52,742 nucleotides of DNA from Octopus bimaculoides (GCF_001194135.2 NC_068986.1:691016-743757); one strand, 5' to 3'. Shown: positions 10,843-23,095, counted from the first letter of the stretch. Translations and numbers: made by a program. Notes: generated by a model from the sequence alone, not told the origin.

Positions 10843-12383
10843 TTAGGGTGGAGTGAAAAAGGTACTTTTTACACAGATATTCGAAATGTTTTTTTAAGAA
10901 GATATTTTTTATTGCAAACACAACTGTGTTAAAATCTGAAGTCCTTAAATTTACATCTTCAAGCTCCGCAGCCCACTTGAAATTTTGAATAATGAGCGAA
11001 AATACAATTTATAACACGTTTGCAGTTCCTCATTTTATTTTTACATTCATTTTTACGGATTGATTCTCTTTTGCCAAATCTTTTACAAACAAGAGTGTTG
11101 AAATCTCAAGCTCTATAATTTCTTCAGGCCCCGCAATGCACTTAAAATTTCGAAATTATGTGAAATGAATAGACTTTTCGACTTTGTTTTCTTTGTTATT
11201 TTTAATACCAGGTCACCGAATATGTGATACATGAGGTCTAGATTACACACACATTAAAATGACTTAAACAAATCGTCAAGATTGTAGCAGAAAAGATAAT
11301 TCTTCTTTGGCAAAAGGCATCCATCCCTTGTGTTACGACTGAGTCAGTTAAACCGAAGATCTGAAACTTTCCTTTGCTGGCATAGAAGTGTGACTGTGAT
11401 CTGACCATTAATCCTGTAAAAAATCTTGTTCTCTCTGTGATACTTTGTCTCTACTACAACGACAGATTTCAAAGGAGTTGCATTTGCAACAGGAAATATC
11501 AAATAAATCTGTTGTTGCATTGGTTTTAGACACATTACACTTTGAAACGATGGCACATTTTTTTCTATTTTTCACAGATTTAATCATGCTTGGTACTTTA
11601 GATAAAAGTTTAAGATTTTCGGTTTAACTGACTCAATCGTAACACAAGAGATGGATGCCTTTTGCCAAAGAAGAATTATCTTTTCTGCTACAATCTTGAC
11701 AATTTGTTTAATTGAAGAATCTTTCTTAATTACATTCTTTTCTTTTTCTCGTTCAAATAAAACACATTTTAGTACGTCTTTGTAAGGTGGCAAAACTCTC
11801 CTGCTAAGATCACATGGAGTACCAAATATTGGACATTCAATACCATGACGCGTTATAGGTTTATGAGTCATCATTAAATGTAAACAACACTAAATTTAAC
11901 ACGATCATTAATTTTAATACAATGGCCTAAAGTCAAGGTACAAAGCAGAAAGCTTCACACATCCGATGTACGTCCACACGCAACGACCGTTACAACACTG
12001 GAGAGAAGTTTACACTCCCGTTCTCTTTATAGTCAATGCAGAACCACAAAATATTAGTCAGTTGTATTGAAACTTGATATGCAACCTCTTAAGGATACTA
12101 TATTTACTGTTTTACATTCTGCTCTGTAGAAATATGCATTCGTTACGACTTATAAACCATGAAATCCAAAATTCGACCAAAAATAGCGATTTTTTAAAAT
12201 TTTCAATTGCATTGCGGAGCCTGAAAAGATATTCAGCTGCAAAGTTCTTTATACACATTTCTTTTAATCCTAATTCGCCAAGAGCAACGCTCTTGTGTTC
12301 TCGTATTTGTAGATTATCGAAAATGGTCTTTGAGTAACAATATAACTTTTCTCTGTGTATCGTACGATTTTTAAACACCCCAA
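10843..12383 (-). mobile_element. Internally deleted DNA transposon, probably hAT-related (hATm-like), with the transposase N-terminus only
   Basis: Minus strand gives TRHGIECPIFGTPCDL..VLPPYKDV..VAEKIILLWQKASI and, in another frame, DLFDISCCKC..CRC..KVSQREQDFLQD. Ends ttagggtg / caccccaa have inverted subterminal similarity (11090-11155 vs about 12200-12300). The superfamily is assigned from memory; no TSD is seen. Confidence 0.6.
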
Positions 12384-12449
12384 TGTCTTCATGTAAAAAA
12401 AAAAAAATTTGTCAGTCCAGTATCGATTATTTATCTTATAGGTTTATCG

Positions 12450-14160
12450 CTTCTCCTCAGAGCAATCAATTTACCAATGTGTCTTAAGAGCGAGCAAACT
12501 TTAAGCAACGAAGCTATGAAAGTATCAGAAAGAAAAAAACCTTTGTCATATTTCTCTCAACTGAAGACATCATTTAAAAGTTGGGGAAACGTTGATCTCG
12601 GAATTTCAGAAAGCAACTATGCAGCAAGATACCGAGATGATTGCGTCGTACAACACTGAGTTACTGGCTGCAAAAGCCGGTAAGTCCCACACAACAGAAG
12701 ACACATTACTTCGGTTTGTTATTAAAGACTGTAATGCATTAAAAATAACTGACACAATTATCAAAATGGTTTCGCTTAGTAATAACACAATTTCTCGACA
12801 TATAGATGAAATGACCACCGACATCAAACAACTCGTCCATAATCTCCGGAGTTCTGAATTTTCCGTACAAGTTAACGAAGCGACAACTGTAGGAAATTAA
12901 TGCTTAATGATGGTGGATTTTTTTTTTTTTTTTAATGAAAACATTCAATCTTTTGAGATGCTATTCACTGATCAATTGTTGCTTGGCTATAAAGGAAGTC
13001 TATTTTAGATTTATTGAAACTATTTTTTAACGAGCATAAGATCCCATTGAACAATACTGTTGCCTGGGCATCTGATAGAGCACCTGCTATGGAAGCTAGG
13101 TAGGTACAGCGGTTTCGCTTTTCTCTGAAAACTTGAACTTTTGCATCCAGTTTTAACAGTTCTCTGTGTGGCTTACCAGCAGCGTTTAGTGTCTAAAAGA
13201 TATTAACAGCAGGTTTAGTGATGTACTGCAGTTAGATATTAAAACTGTGAACGAGCAAAAATCGAATTCTTTGACTAAACGAATTTTTCGTCAACTTGAT
13301 AAATGATGACTCAGACGATGGTTGTCAAACGGCAACTGTGTTGTTTGTTTTGATGAACTGTTTGATACAATAATATTTTCTTTTAAAGACTCCACTACCC
13401 ACTTTTCTCATTGCTTCAAAATGTTAAAATGTGATATTGTTTACTCTTTAGTGACATATTCACCAAACTAAATGAACTCAGTACGTTATCGCAAGGAAAG
13501 CAAAAAACGCTCGTCAACTGTAAATCGTCCATCACTGCCTTCATTTCTAAATTAACGCTACAAAAGATAAAAGTTTCAAGACGTCAACTCGACCAATTTC
13601 GACGACTGAATTGCTTGAAAGATGAATTGGTTGATGAAGATATCATTATGTATTGAGATTATTTGCTATCATTGCATGATGACATGCTGCAGCGATTTCA
13701 GGATATTATCACATTACCTGTTCCAGTTTGGTATAACAACCCAGTGTCCTACTCGGCAGAAGCTGGCTTCAGCTATGTTAATGCCTTGTTGTCTAAAAGT
13801 AAAAATAAGCTGGATATAATCAAGCGAGGTAACTTACAGTTAAAGATGAGTAATTTTTAAAGCCAATGTGTCGTCTGCTCTAGCTGCGTCACGCTAGACA
13901 CAGAGGTTGCACTGATTATATCTATAAAAATAGTATGTGTGTACCAAATTATTTGATGTTATTAACTTTTACACTACTTTCAATAAAGAACCTTGTAATG
14001 CAAAATGGTTCATTGTTATTGGTTTCTAAGAGTTTTAAAAGATCGTTAACGGTTTGCTTTTTTGATATTCTTCTGAATATTTACTATACAGGTGGGCGGT
14101 GGAAATTTGTTTCCACGTGAAAGTGGGCGATGTCGTCAAAAAAAAGGTTCGGAACCCTTG
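12450..14160 (+). mobile_element. Degenerate hAT (Buster/Charlie, ZBED5/SCAND3/FAM200-like) transposon lacking its left end
   Basis: PMCLK..LSNEAMK; ASY..AKAGKSHT..LSNNTISRHIDEM..FSVQVNEAT; LHDDMLQRFQDI..PVWYNNP..KRGNLQLKMS. Right TIR ggttcggaacccttg is followed by ccttagac (NNNTANNN). Confidence 0.9.
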
Positions 14161-14199
14161 CCTTAGACGGACTTTGCCTTGGGTGTTAATTAAACAGAT

Positions 14200-14404
14200 T
14201 TGTTATCCTAGGGCAGCGGCAGCTGTAATTACTCCCAGGTCTGTTCTGACCTGGGAGTAATTACAATTAAGGGGTGGTTCCATGCTCCCCACAACTTCAG
14301 AACTCCCGAAATGGAGCCTCACCACCGGATGCAGTTTAATGTCATACCCAAGACATACATACATACATACATACATACATACATACATACATACATACAT
14401 ACAT
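14200..14404 (+). mobile_element. LINE/SINE 3'-tail repeat ending in (CATA)n
   Basis: ggagcctcaccaccggatgcagtttaatgtcataccc followed by a long (ACAT)n tail; I recognise this as a common dispersed repeat. Confidence 0.6.
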
Positions 14405-15869
14405 ACTTGCAAAAACCTGTCTTTTATATGTACATTTTAGTTAATTTAAACGTCCGCATAAAGCCATATTGAAATAGCGTGGAAGCGACATCAAATCTTT
14501 TATGACATGGCTTTTTTTTTTTATTGTTTAATTTGATTTTCCGGAACCATATAAAATTTCTTTCTAGCCAAGCCTTCATTTTTTTGTTTTGTTTTGTTAT
14601 TTGTGCCCTTTTATGTAAAACACAGAGGACACTATTTGAAAACAAAAGAAGCAGGATGTATTTCTCCATTGTGCAATTCAGCTTTGCCACATTTATCGGT
14701 CGTAACATAAACAGTAATTTTAACGTTTCTCGATAATTTCGGTAAACGTTGTTCAGTTCCCGGTCAATTTTGCTCCACCACTCGATCTGCTAAAATAGCA
14801 AGCTTCCTCATACCGTCTTTAAATAAATAAAAATTTAAGAAACGCACATAGATAATGAGATCCTAGATATATAACTAAAGATGATATGGTGATGGCTGGA
14901 AACTTTTGATCATTAATTAGTTGTATTGTAACAAGTAAAGAGAGACTACAAGTTGTCCAGACTGCAACAGTGCACTCTGATTAAACAACACCACTGCATG
15001 ACGAAGTGTCTCATATGATCGTCAGCTCAGCAAAAGTGTGACATATCTGGGATAAAGATTTGGGGGGTCAATCTTAGATGCCATAGTTCTACTCCATCAC
15101 AAGTGTTATACTTATTCTTATTATTCAACAACCCCTAACGAACCGGCAGGTATTAATGTCGATAGTACAGTTTTGCATCACTCCTAGCAGTTTTGTTTTT
15201 TTCCTAACGAATTCCACTTTTAAGCTAGATTTAAACGCTAGAATCAGAGGCAAATTAATAGTTAATGAATGAATCAAGACGTGATTTGTGCAATGATATC
15301 TTGCTAAATTTTTTGCGGATTAAGAGGTTTAGAGACGAAGCATGTTTCAATTTTTGATACAAGTTGGAATCTTGTTAAATTTCTGCCAATCACTCGAAAA
15401 TTTTCAAATTTTCTCCACATTATTTTCATAAAATACAGTTCTGCTCTAGTTTTGTACGCTGATGAAGAAAATCGTATTTTTTTGGCAGAAATTAATAACA
15501 AAAATGTTACAAGCACTTAAAGTAATGTAATTTTAGTCAATCGTATACCTAAATTGTTGACATTTTGTCAGTGCTGATCTCTATTCTCAAGGAGATCACC
15601 ACGCACGAAACCTTTACGTACTTGAAATAGCAGCCAAATATTTCCTTAAACTACACTATATTATCTAAAATACAAAAAGGATGAAACATTCTGCCACAGC
15701 ACCGTTTATTTCTTCGCTTAAGGCAGGCTCAACTGCTTTCCATTTGTTGAGTGTTCTTAACATTTAAATGAAAGTCAATCACCACGGTTGTAAACTTATA
15801 TCGAACTCGCGAAACACTTACCGGGCGCTAAAAGGAGCCACTTCGGACGCAAATGACTATTGGATTGCA

Positions 15870-16155
15870 CCTAAGAGAATTCCCTACCGAGGCACAAGTC
15901 CGGGTCAGTTATTTTGCAGAAGACCAGCAAACCAGTCTCCCGTCTCCACGTCACCGATGTTGTTCAAGAGAAAGACACAGGCCGATACAGCTTCGCACCA
16001 ACGATATCGCAATTCGTTTCTACTGCTGAATTATCCGGAGTAACGTAAAATAAAGTGTCTTGCTCACGAACACAACACACAGCACGGTCCGGGAACCGAA
16101 CTCACAATCTCATGACTGTCAACCCGACCCTGTAATCTCTGAGCCATGCGCCTGC
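15870..16155 (-). mobile_element. tRNA-derived SINE (family C, same head as 24500)
   Basis: Reverse complement of a tRNA-like head (gggaaccgaactcaca..ctgagccatgcgcc) and of the gttgtg..gcaagacacttt core. Confidence 0.7.
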
Positions 16156-16169
16156 TACGCACTACAGAT

Positions 16170-16620
16170 GTTTTTTTCGTCCCTCTTTACGTTCTGTGTT
16201 CAAATTCCGCCGATGTTGACTTTACTCTTCATCCTTTCGTGGTCGATAAAATCAATACCAGTTGAGCACTGAGGTCGATGTAATCGACTTAACCCCTCTC
16301 CCGATATTGCTGGCCTTGTGCCATAATTTGAAACCACTATTAGCTGTACTTTCCTCAGGCGATGAACAGACAGAATAGTTAGCACACTGGGATGATCAGC
16401 CCGACGCTGTAACCGCTGAGCTATGCGCCTACTACGCACAACAGATATATCTTTCGTCCGTCTTTACGTTCTGATATTAGAATTCCACCGAGGTCAACTT
16501 TGCCTTTCATCCTTTCGGGATCGATAAAATCAGTACCAGTTGAACACTGGGGTCGATGTAATTGGCTTTCCCCTCCCCCAAAATTGCAGGCCTTGTGCCG
16601 TAATTTGATACTAATATTAA
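16170..16620 (+). mobile_element. Two tandem copies of SINE family A
   Basis: Each has aattcc(g/a)ccga..actttg/acttta..tcatcctttcg..tcgataaaat..taccagttga..gtcgatgtaat..ggccttgtgcc..aatttga. Confidence 0.85.
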
Positions 16621-18013
16621 ATGTACTTTCTTTTTTCTTCTGATAAAGTTGCAAACAAAGTTAATTTGATGGCGATGAAAGAATTGGTTAAACGAGAAAA
16701 TAAGTCAGCTTTTTCTTTTAACCAATTCTTTCTCCACCACCAAACTTTCTTCACAAAAAGACACATATCTTCATGAGCATGTGTGGCGAAACAAATTCAG
16801 AGATCGTGAAAATCTATTCACGAATCTCATTTCGTGCATCAATGATTGTTTTCTCGTAAATGTGATTGTTTTCATCTCATATCAAATATGTATACGGTTT
16901 TCATGTTATATTAAATACATGCACGTTCCATAGTGTTACTTTCTTTACATGGAATTATGGGATGTCACTGATATCACTTCCGGTTTCTATTGCAATTAAC
17001 TTTCATTTTTTTAGGACAGTTTTATTTCGCTTTTTTACGACAGCAAAATAAAATGCATGTTAACTTTGATCTTTATCCTTTGTGACATTAAACCTGTTTT
17101 ATTTATAAATTTCTCTTGTTTTTACAGTCAAAGCCGTGAAAATGTTTTTCTTTATCCTTTGTGACGTTAAACAATTCCTTTGCTATTATTAGTTCATATT
17201 CATAATTGCTTTCGTTTCTATCCTTTGTCACCTTTCAATTGTTTTGAAAGAAATGTTCTAGTTTTTTATGTGCAGCTTGTTGTAGGTGGACACACTGTTC
17301 AAGCGAAAGTGCAAAAAAAGTGAAATGTTTGATGGAAAACGAAACCAAATTCAACATCAATATAATTACCAATATTTTTTGGTTATGTAATAACCAAACA
17401 ATAGTTAAATTTGATGTCGGAAATTACCTGTCTTCTTTAAATAAGAATAGTTGACGAAATGAAAATACACTGTGCAAAATATTCTATTAGCTAACATTGT
17501 AGTTTTTTGGGGTAATAGTTTGAGAGTAGAAATTTGATCGACAGAAACTGTGCGGAAACAAGCACACACACACGCAAACGCACGCGGTATTCCAAGGGAA
17601 TGGAATCGGATGTCATGAAGGGCTGTAATTTTGGGATATGTGTGTTTTAGGTATCGTAGGCTAGGATTCTGAAAATGAGTGCGTCACCACCCATTTCTTC
17701 TTTTTAATTTTTTTTTTTTTTTAGTTTTGACTTTAGTCGATATTTTTTTCAGATTGAAGTTGTCAACATCTGAGATTCTAATTCTTCAGGAAAAATTCAT
17801 AATTCCAATCCACCCGCTTTTTGGCCTCTACCCTGTTTTCATCAGCTTTTATATTTTTTACATTATTGGATCTTTTTATTATTTGTACGTTTGAAATAAC
17901 ATAGTTTACACCACTTGAAATAAAAAGAAATTCTAGGCATTTTTTTAATGAAAGTAATTTGTTATTGAACAAAGTAACAACAATTAAGTGAAAGAAATTA
18001 AAATAAAAGAAAA

Positions 18014-18691
18014 GGATCTATTTTAAAACGGGGGCACCAGTTTTCATTTATGTTTTATGTAGTGTTTTTGNNNNNNNNNNNNNNNNNNNNNNNNNNNNNN
18101 NNNNNNNNNNNNNNNNNNNNNNNNNNNNNNNNNNNNNNNNNNNNNNNNNNNNNNNNNNNNNNNNNNNNNNNNNNNNNNNNNNNNNNNNNNNNNNNNNNNN
18201 NNNNNNNNNNNNNNNNNNNNNNNNNNNNNNNNNNNNNNNNNNNNNNNNNNNNNNNNNNNNNNNNNNNCCCTAACCCTAACTAGACTGTTAACCGTAACCC
18301 TAACCCTAACCCTAAAACTAAAACTAACCCTAACTCTAGAATCCGAACTCTAAAATTGTTACACACACAGATAGGCACAGCGTAATTTATTATATAAACA
18401 ATATATGCGTATAAATTACGATTAAACCGGATGAAATATGTCACAGGGAATAACATTTTTATGACCGCCCAGCAGTAACTCTATTCAGCTGAATAGACGT
18501 CAGTGATTGGTTGAAATTACAGAAATACGACAACTTTAACATGGAATAACTTGCGAATTCCTTTTTTTTGTTAAGAAGACTAAGAGTAAAAGATGTTTTA
18601 TAAGACATATTCTACCAGTGTCCCAAGTTTCAAAGTGTTCCATTAGTGTTTCGTTAAGAAAATACTGGTGCCCCCGTTTTAAAATAGATCC
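18014..18691. mobile_element. MITE with perfect 28-bp TIRs and 8-bp TSD (Merlin-like), internal TAACCC repeats
   Basis: GGATCTATTTTAAAACGGGGGCACCAGT (18014-18041) is the exact reverse complement of 18664-18691, and AAAGAAAA flanks both ends (18006-18013, 18692-18699). An N gap lies inside. Confidence 0.92.
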
Positions 18692-19561
18692 AAAGAAAAT
18701 CAAGCTGAATAGGTTTTTTGCCAATTTTCAATTGCTTTGTCGGTTAATATGTTGTTTATCGTCGTAAAATAGTGAAAATAAATTGTCCTTAAAAAATTGA
18801 AGTAAATTACGATAGAAACCGGAAATGGCGACAGTGACACACCAAAATTTAATATAACATATTTGATGTCCGATGGGTGAGCTTCCTATGTGGGTCTCGG
18901 TAACTTTTACACTTATGAAATTGTCAACCATCCACTAAATTTTTTTTATCCAAATAATGACAGCAACCACACGAGGGCGATGGATGTTCGTCAAGAAGAA
19001 ACTTAGATGATAATGTGGAATAGTGATGGTTTATTTAACTGAAGAGATGGCGGCGTGGGTTTCTGCCCCAACATCCGAAACTCGGAGTTTTATCATGGCT
19101 ACTGAATAATTGTCACATTTTATTTACAGATAAATTCCCCTATTTACGTAATTTCGAGGTTTCTCTCTCTCTATATGACTGATGAAAGAAAGCCACAAAT
19201 GACCCGTCTTTTTTTGCCTGTCCTTCTTAGAGGTCTTTCTTTTGCCCGCCTTTGTATCGTCTTTCTGTCCGAACGTTTTAATGCCCTTCATTGCGTTTTT
19301 TGTGCTACCAGCATTCTCCTCTTTCTTCATCTCACTCTACTTGGATCTGTTTAATGGGTCCGTGGAACTTTCGGTCACCTTTCATTTCTTCCAGAAACAT
19401 AACGTACTTCTGATATTTATCTTCTGCGTCAGATAGACATTATTGCTCCGTCATCATTTACTGACAATTTGTTTTATTAACATACATACATACATACATG
19501 TGAATGACTGTCTAAATATATATATATATATATATATACATACATACCCACAATCTTTTAT

Positions 19562-19596
<35 letters not shown>

Positions 19597-19606
19597 NNNN
19601 NNNNNN

Positions 19607-19638
<32 letters not shown>

Positions 19639-19836
19639 CCATTGCATTAAAAAAAAAACAATTCATTCCAAATTTGGTGGAAATCCCGGTATTCAGTTTA
19701 TTTTCTTTTATTTCTTTACTTTATTCAGTAATAAATTAGTTTCATTAAAAATAAACGACTTGTATTATCGGGTCTCCACCGTCTGAAATAGAAATTTTTT
19801 CAAAATGAAGAATAACTGGTCCAATATATTGCGCAG

Positions 19837-20860
19837 ATCATCATCATCATCCTCATCATCGTTTAACGACTGAGGACTGGTGAAACCGGATGGCAACACC
19901 AGGCTCCAATCTAATTTGGCAGAGTTTCTACAGCTGGATGCCCTTCCTAACGCCAACCACTCAGAGAGTGTAGTGGGTGCTTTTACGTGTCACCCGCACG
20001 AAAACGGCCACGCTCGAAATGGTGTCTTTTATGTGCCACCCGCACAAGCCATCCCAAGGGCACTGGCAACGATCTCACTCGAAAATCCTACGGGAGCCAG
20101 TCAGGCGGTACTGGCAATGGTCACGCTCAAAATGGTGCATCTTATGTGCCACCCGCACAAGAGCCAGTCCAGGNNNNNNNNNNNNNNNNNNNNNNNNNNN
20201 NNNNNNNNNNNNNNNNNNNNNNNNNNNNNNNNNNNNNNNNNNNNNNNNNNNNNNNNNNNNNNNNNNNNNNNNNNNNNNNNNNNNNNNNNNNNNNNNNNNN
20301 NNACGACTGAGGACTGGTGAAACCGGATGGCAACACCAGGCTCCAATCTAATTTGGCAGAGTTTCTACAGCTGGATGCCCTTCCTAACGCCAACCACTCA
20401 GAGAGTGTAGTGGATGTTTTTACGTGTCACCCGCACGAAGGCCAGTCAGGCGGTACTGGCAACGGCCACGCTCATCTCGCTCGGGAAACCTCATGTGTCA
20501 CCTGCACAAGAGCCAGTCCAGGGGCACCAGCAACGATCTCGCTCGAAAATCCGACAACAGCCCCACACAAGAGCCAGTTCAGGGGCACCAGCAACGATCT
20601 CACTCGAAGAAATTTCATGTGTCACCAGCACAAGAGCCAGTCCAGGGGCACTAGCAACGATCTCGCTCGAAAAACCTCATGTGTCGCCTGCACAAGAGCC
20701 AGCTCAGGGTCACCAGCAACGATCCCGCTCGGAAAGATTTCATGTGTCGCCCGCACATGAGCCAGTCCAGGAGCACTGGCAACGATCCGCTCAAAACATT
20801 TCATGTGTCACCCGCACATGAGCCAGTCCAGGGGCACTGGCATCGATCCCGCTCGATCAG
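19837..20860 (-). mobile_element. Young RTE-LINE 3'-tail repeat (family D) with an internal ~62-bp minisatellite; spans a gap
   Basis: (CAT)n-cgtttaacg end and the ggatgcccttcctaacgccaaccac block; about 130 bp appear identical to 52611-52742; tandem units follow. Confidence 0.85.
20490..20860. repeat. ~62-63-bp minisatellite, about 6 units
   Basis: The unit tcatgtgtcaccagcacaagagccagtccaggggcactagcaacgatctcgctcgaaaaacc repeats with substitutions. Confidence 0.92.
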
Positions 20861-22655
20861 ATGCGCACAAATATGCACAACTCATTCATTTTCGACATTT
20901 TTCCCGATCTGAGGTTATTTGAGTTATTTTTATTTATTTATTAATCTATTTATTTATTCATTTTTGCAATTTTGAAAAAAAAAATTTGAATATACATAAC
21001 AGTAATCCCTGATGTTTGTAAGGTGTAAATCTAAAACTAAAAAAAAAAATCGTAAACCTGCAAAAATGGAACAGTTACAGAAAGAGGAAGGGGGTGCTAA
21101 AGCGGGGTGAGGATGAAAGTATCTCAGATATAAATCGGAAAAAAAAAATCGGAAAATGACAAAATGATGTTTATGCTTCACTAATGAGATCCTAATAAGG
21201 TTATATCATGTCCAGGGTGGTCTCCCTTACTTGCCAAAATATTTAAATCATTAACTAATATTCCTTTTCTTTAGTGCAGTGGACTTAACACATAATTAGT
21301 TATTTTTGATTAGTGTTTTAATAATTACTGCATTAAGTATGTTGACTCTAACCATTGTCAGTCCCATAAAATATTGACAATCTTGTAGTTGAACCTATCT
21401 GAAGAATAAAATAATAGTCACAAGAGAAGTTAACGGATTTCTGTAGAACTTGTAAAGGTTACCAGTACCATAAAGTATTTCATATTGTGCAGCATTATAG
21501 TTGTCCATAGTGAGCAGTGATTAATTATATCACTTTGTGTTATGAGTTCAAATCTTTGATACATGTAGATGGGTGTGTGCATTTATGTGAATGTCTTACA
21601 TTTCATGCTCTGGACGAAAAGATACTGAGCTACAAATGGTGAAGTTTGTCATTCTCTGTAATCTACTAGGACAGCATTTTAAGAAACATGTGGAATCAAA
21701 CCAATCCCTCTCTTGAACAACAGATAAAGGTTAGCAACAAGAAGGGCATCCAGTTGTAAAAGATAACCTCAGTAATAAGTATTCATCTAACTAGTACAAG
21801 AAAATGGGTATAAAAATGAATGATAATTTAATCTGGGTGCTCCCTTCAAATTTACGGCCTTATCACAGCAAATGTTCAAAATCAATATTCTGGGAAGCCT
21901 AAAGGAAATCTCTCTATGGTAATATTTGTGCAGCATACACCACACAAAGGCCAATGGATTACATTACATACTTTCATACTTTGCTTTATTGTTCAATAGT
22001 ACCTCGTTCTTCATAGATACATTCATATATGTGTCACCATGATATTTTGAAATATTTTCATTCCAGAGAGGGAATTCAAAGTGAGCTAGTGTTCATTAAC
22101 AGAAGCAATAATAAATCATCAGAAGGCATAAAACAAACCAGACTCAAACTAGATTCCCAGTTTACATATAAATAATGGTGCCATGATGTGCTACTAGATA
22201 CATGTCACAGAGTTTTATATATANNNNNNNNNNNNNNNNNNNNNNNNNNNNNNNNNNNNNNNNNNNNNNNNNNNNNNNNNNNNNNNNNNNNNNNNNNNNN
22301 NNNNNNNNNNNNNNNNNNNNNNNNNNNNNNNNNNNNNNNNNNNNNNNNNNNNNNNNNNNNNNNNNNNNNNNNNNNNNNNNNNNNNNNNNNNNNNNNNNNN
22401 NNNNNNNNNNNNNNNNNNNNNNNNNNNNNNNNNNNNNNNNNNNNNNNNNNNNNNNNNNNNNNNNNNNNNNNNNNNNNNNNNNNNNNNNNNNNNNNNNNNN
22501 NNNNNNNNNNNNNNNNNNNNNNNNNNNNNNNNNNNNNNNNNNNNNNNNNNNNNNNNNNNNNNNNNNNNNNNNNNNNNNNNNNNNNNNNNNNNNNNNNNNN
22601 NNNNNNNNNNNNNNNNNNNNNNNNNNNNNNNNNNNNNNNNNNNNNNNNNNNNNNN

Positions 22656-23007
22656 TCCCTCAACTGTTAGGGAGTGGCACTTTTTCACGCAGCTATCCTC
22701 ATTCATTCTCACCACATGTCCAAACCAGCGCAATCGTCTCTCTTGCACACCACTACTGATGCTTCTTATGTTCAGCTTTTCTCTCAAGATACTTACACTC
22801 TGATGGGTATGCACATTTACATTACACATCCAGCGGAGCATACTGGCTTCATTCCTTGCAAGCTTACGCATGTCCTCAGCAGTCACAGCCCATGTTTCAC
22901 TGCCATGTAGCATGGCTGTTCGTACACATGCATCATACAGTCTGCCTTTTACTCTGAGTGAGAGTCCCTTTGTCGCCAGCAGAGGTAAGAGCTCTCTAAA
23001 CTTGGCC
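22656..23007 (-). pseudogene. RTE-clade LINE reverse transcriptase C-terminal fragment
   Basis: WAKFRELLPLLATKGLSLRVKGRLYDACVRTAMLHGSETWAV..RRLRWFGHVVRM; the frame is open up to the gap. Confidence 0.95.
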
Positions 23008-23095
23008 CATCATTTAATTAATTCAATAATAGGATAAAATCTTTTACAAGAATTTTATTAAGAAGGTAGCATGAAAAAACTCATAAGGAAAGTAT

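Noticed and set aside
18268-18330. Chromosome end or true telomere
   Set aside because: The short degenerate TAACCC run is enclosed by the TIRs and TSD of a MITE.
18825-18876. First coding exon starting ATGGCG with a GTGAGC donor
   Set aside because: The frame reads MATVTHQNLI then TAA before the donor.
19868-19890. CTGAGGA-ctggt-GAAA as a minimal hammerhead (also at 39600 and 52561)
   Set aside because: No stem I/III partners or NUH in register; it is on the antisense strand of the element and better explained as a small hairpin.
19863-20420. Apparent tandem duplication of the family D tail across the gap
   Set aside because: Both gap flanks restart at the same acgactgagg sequence; a scaffolding or overlap artefact is as likely as a real duplication.
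20410-20860. CRISPR-like periodic array
   Set aside because: The whole 62-bp unit repeats with no unique spacers, it lies inside a eukaryotic retroelement tail, and there are no cas genes.
19880-20912. Several 100-147-aa ORFs in the track
   Set aside because: They arise from the GC-rich minisatellite and N runs, are open in multiple overlapping frames, and are not protein-like.
22188-22663. Long ORFs of 150-240 aa here and at 30464-31211
   Set aside because: They consist of X residues from assembly gaps plus (TA)n.
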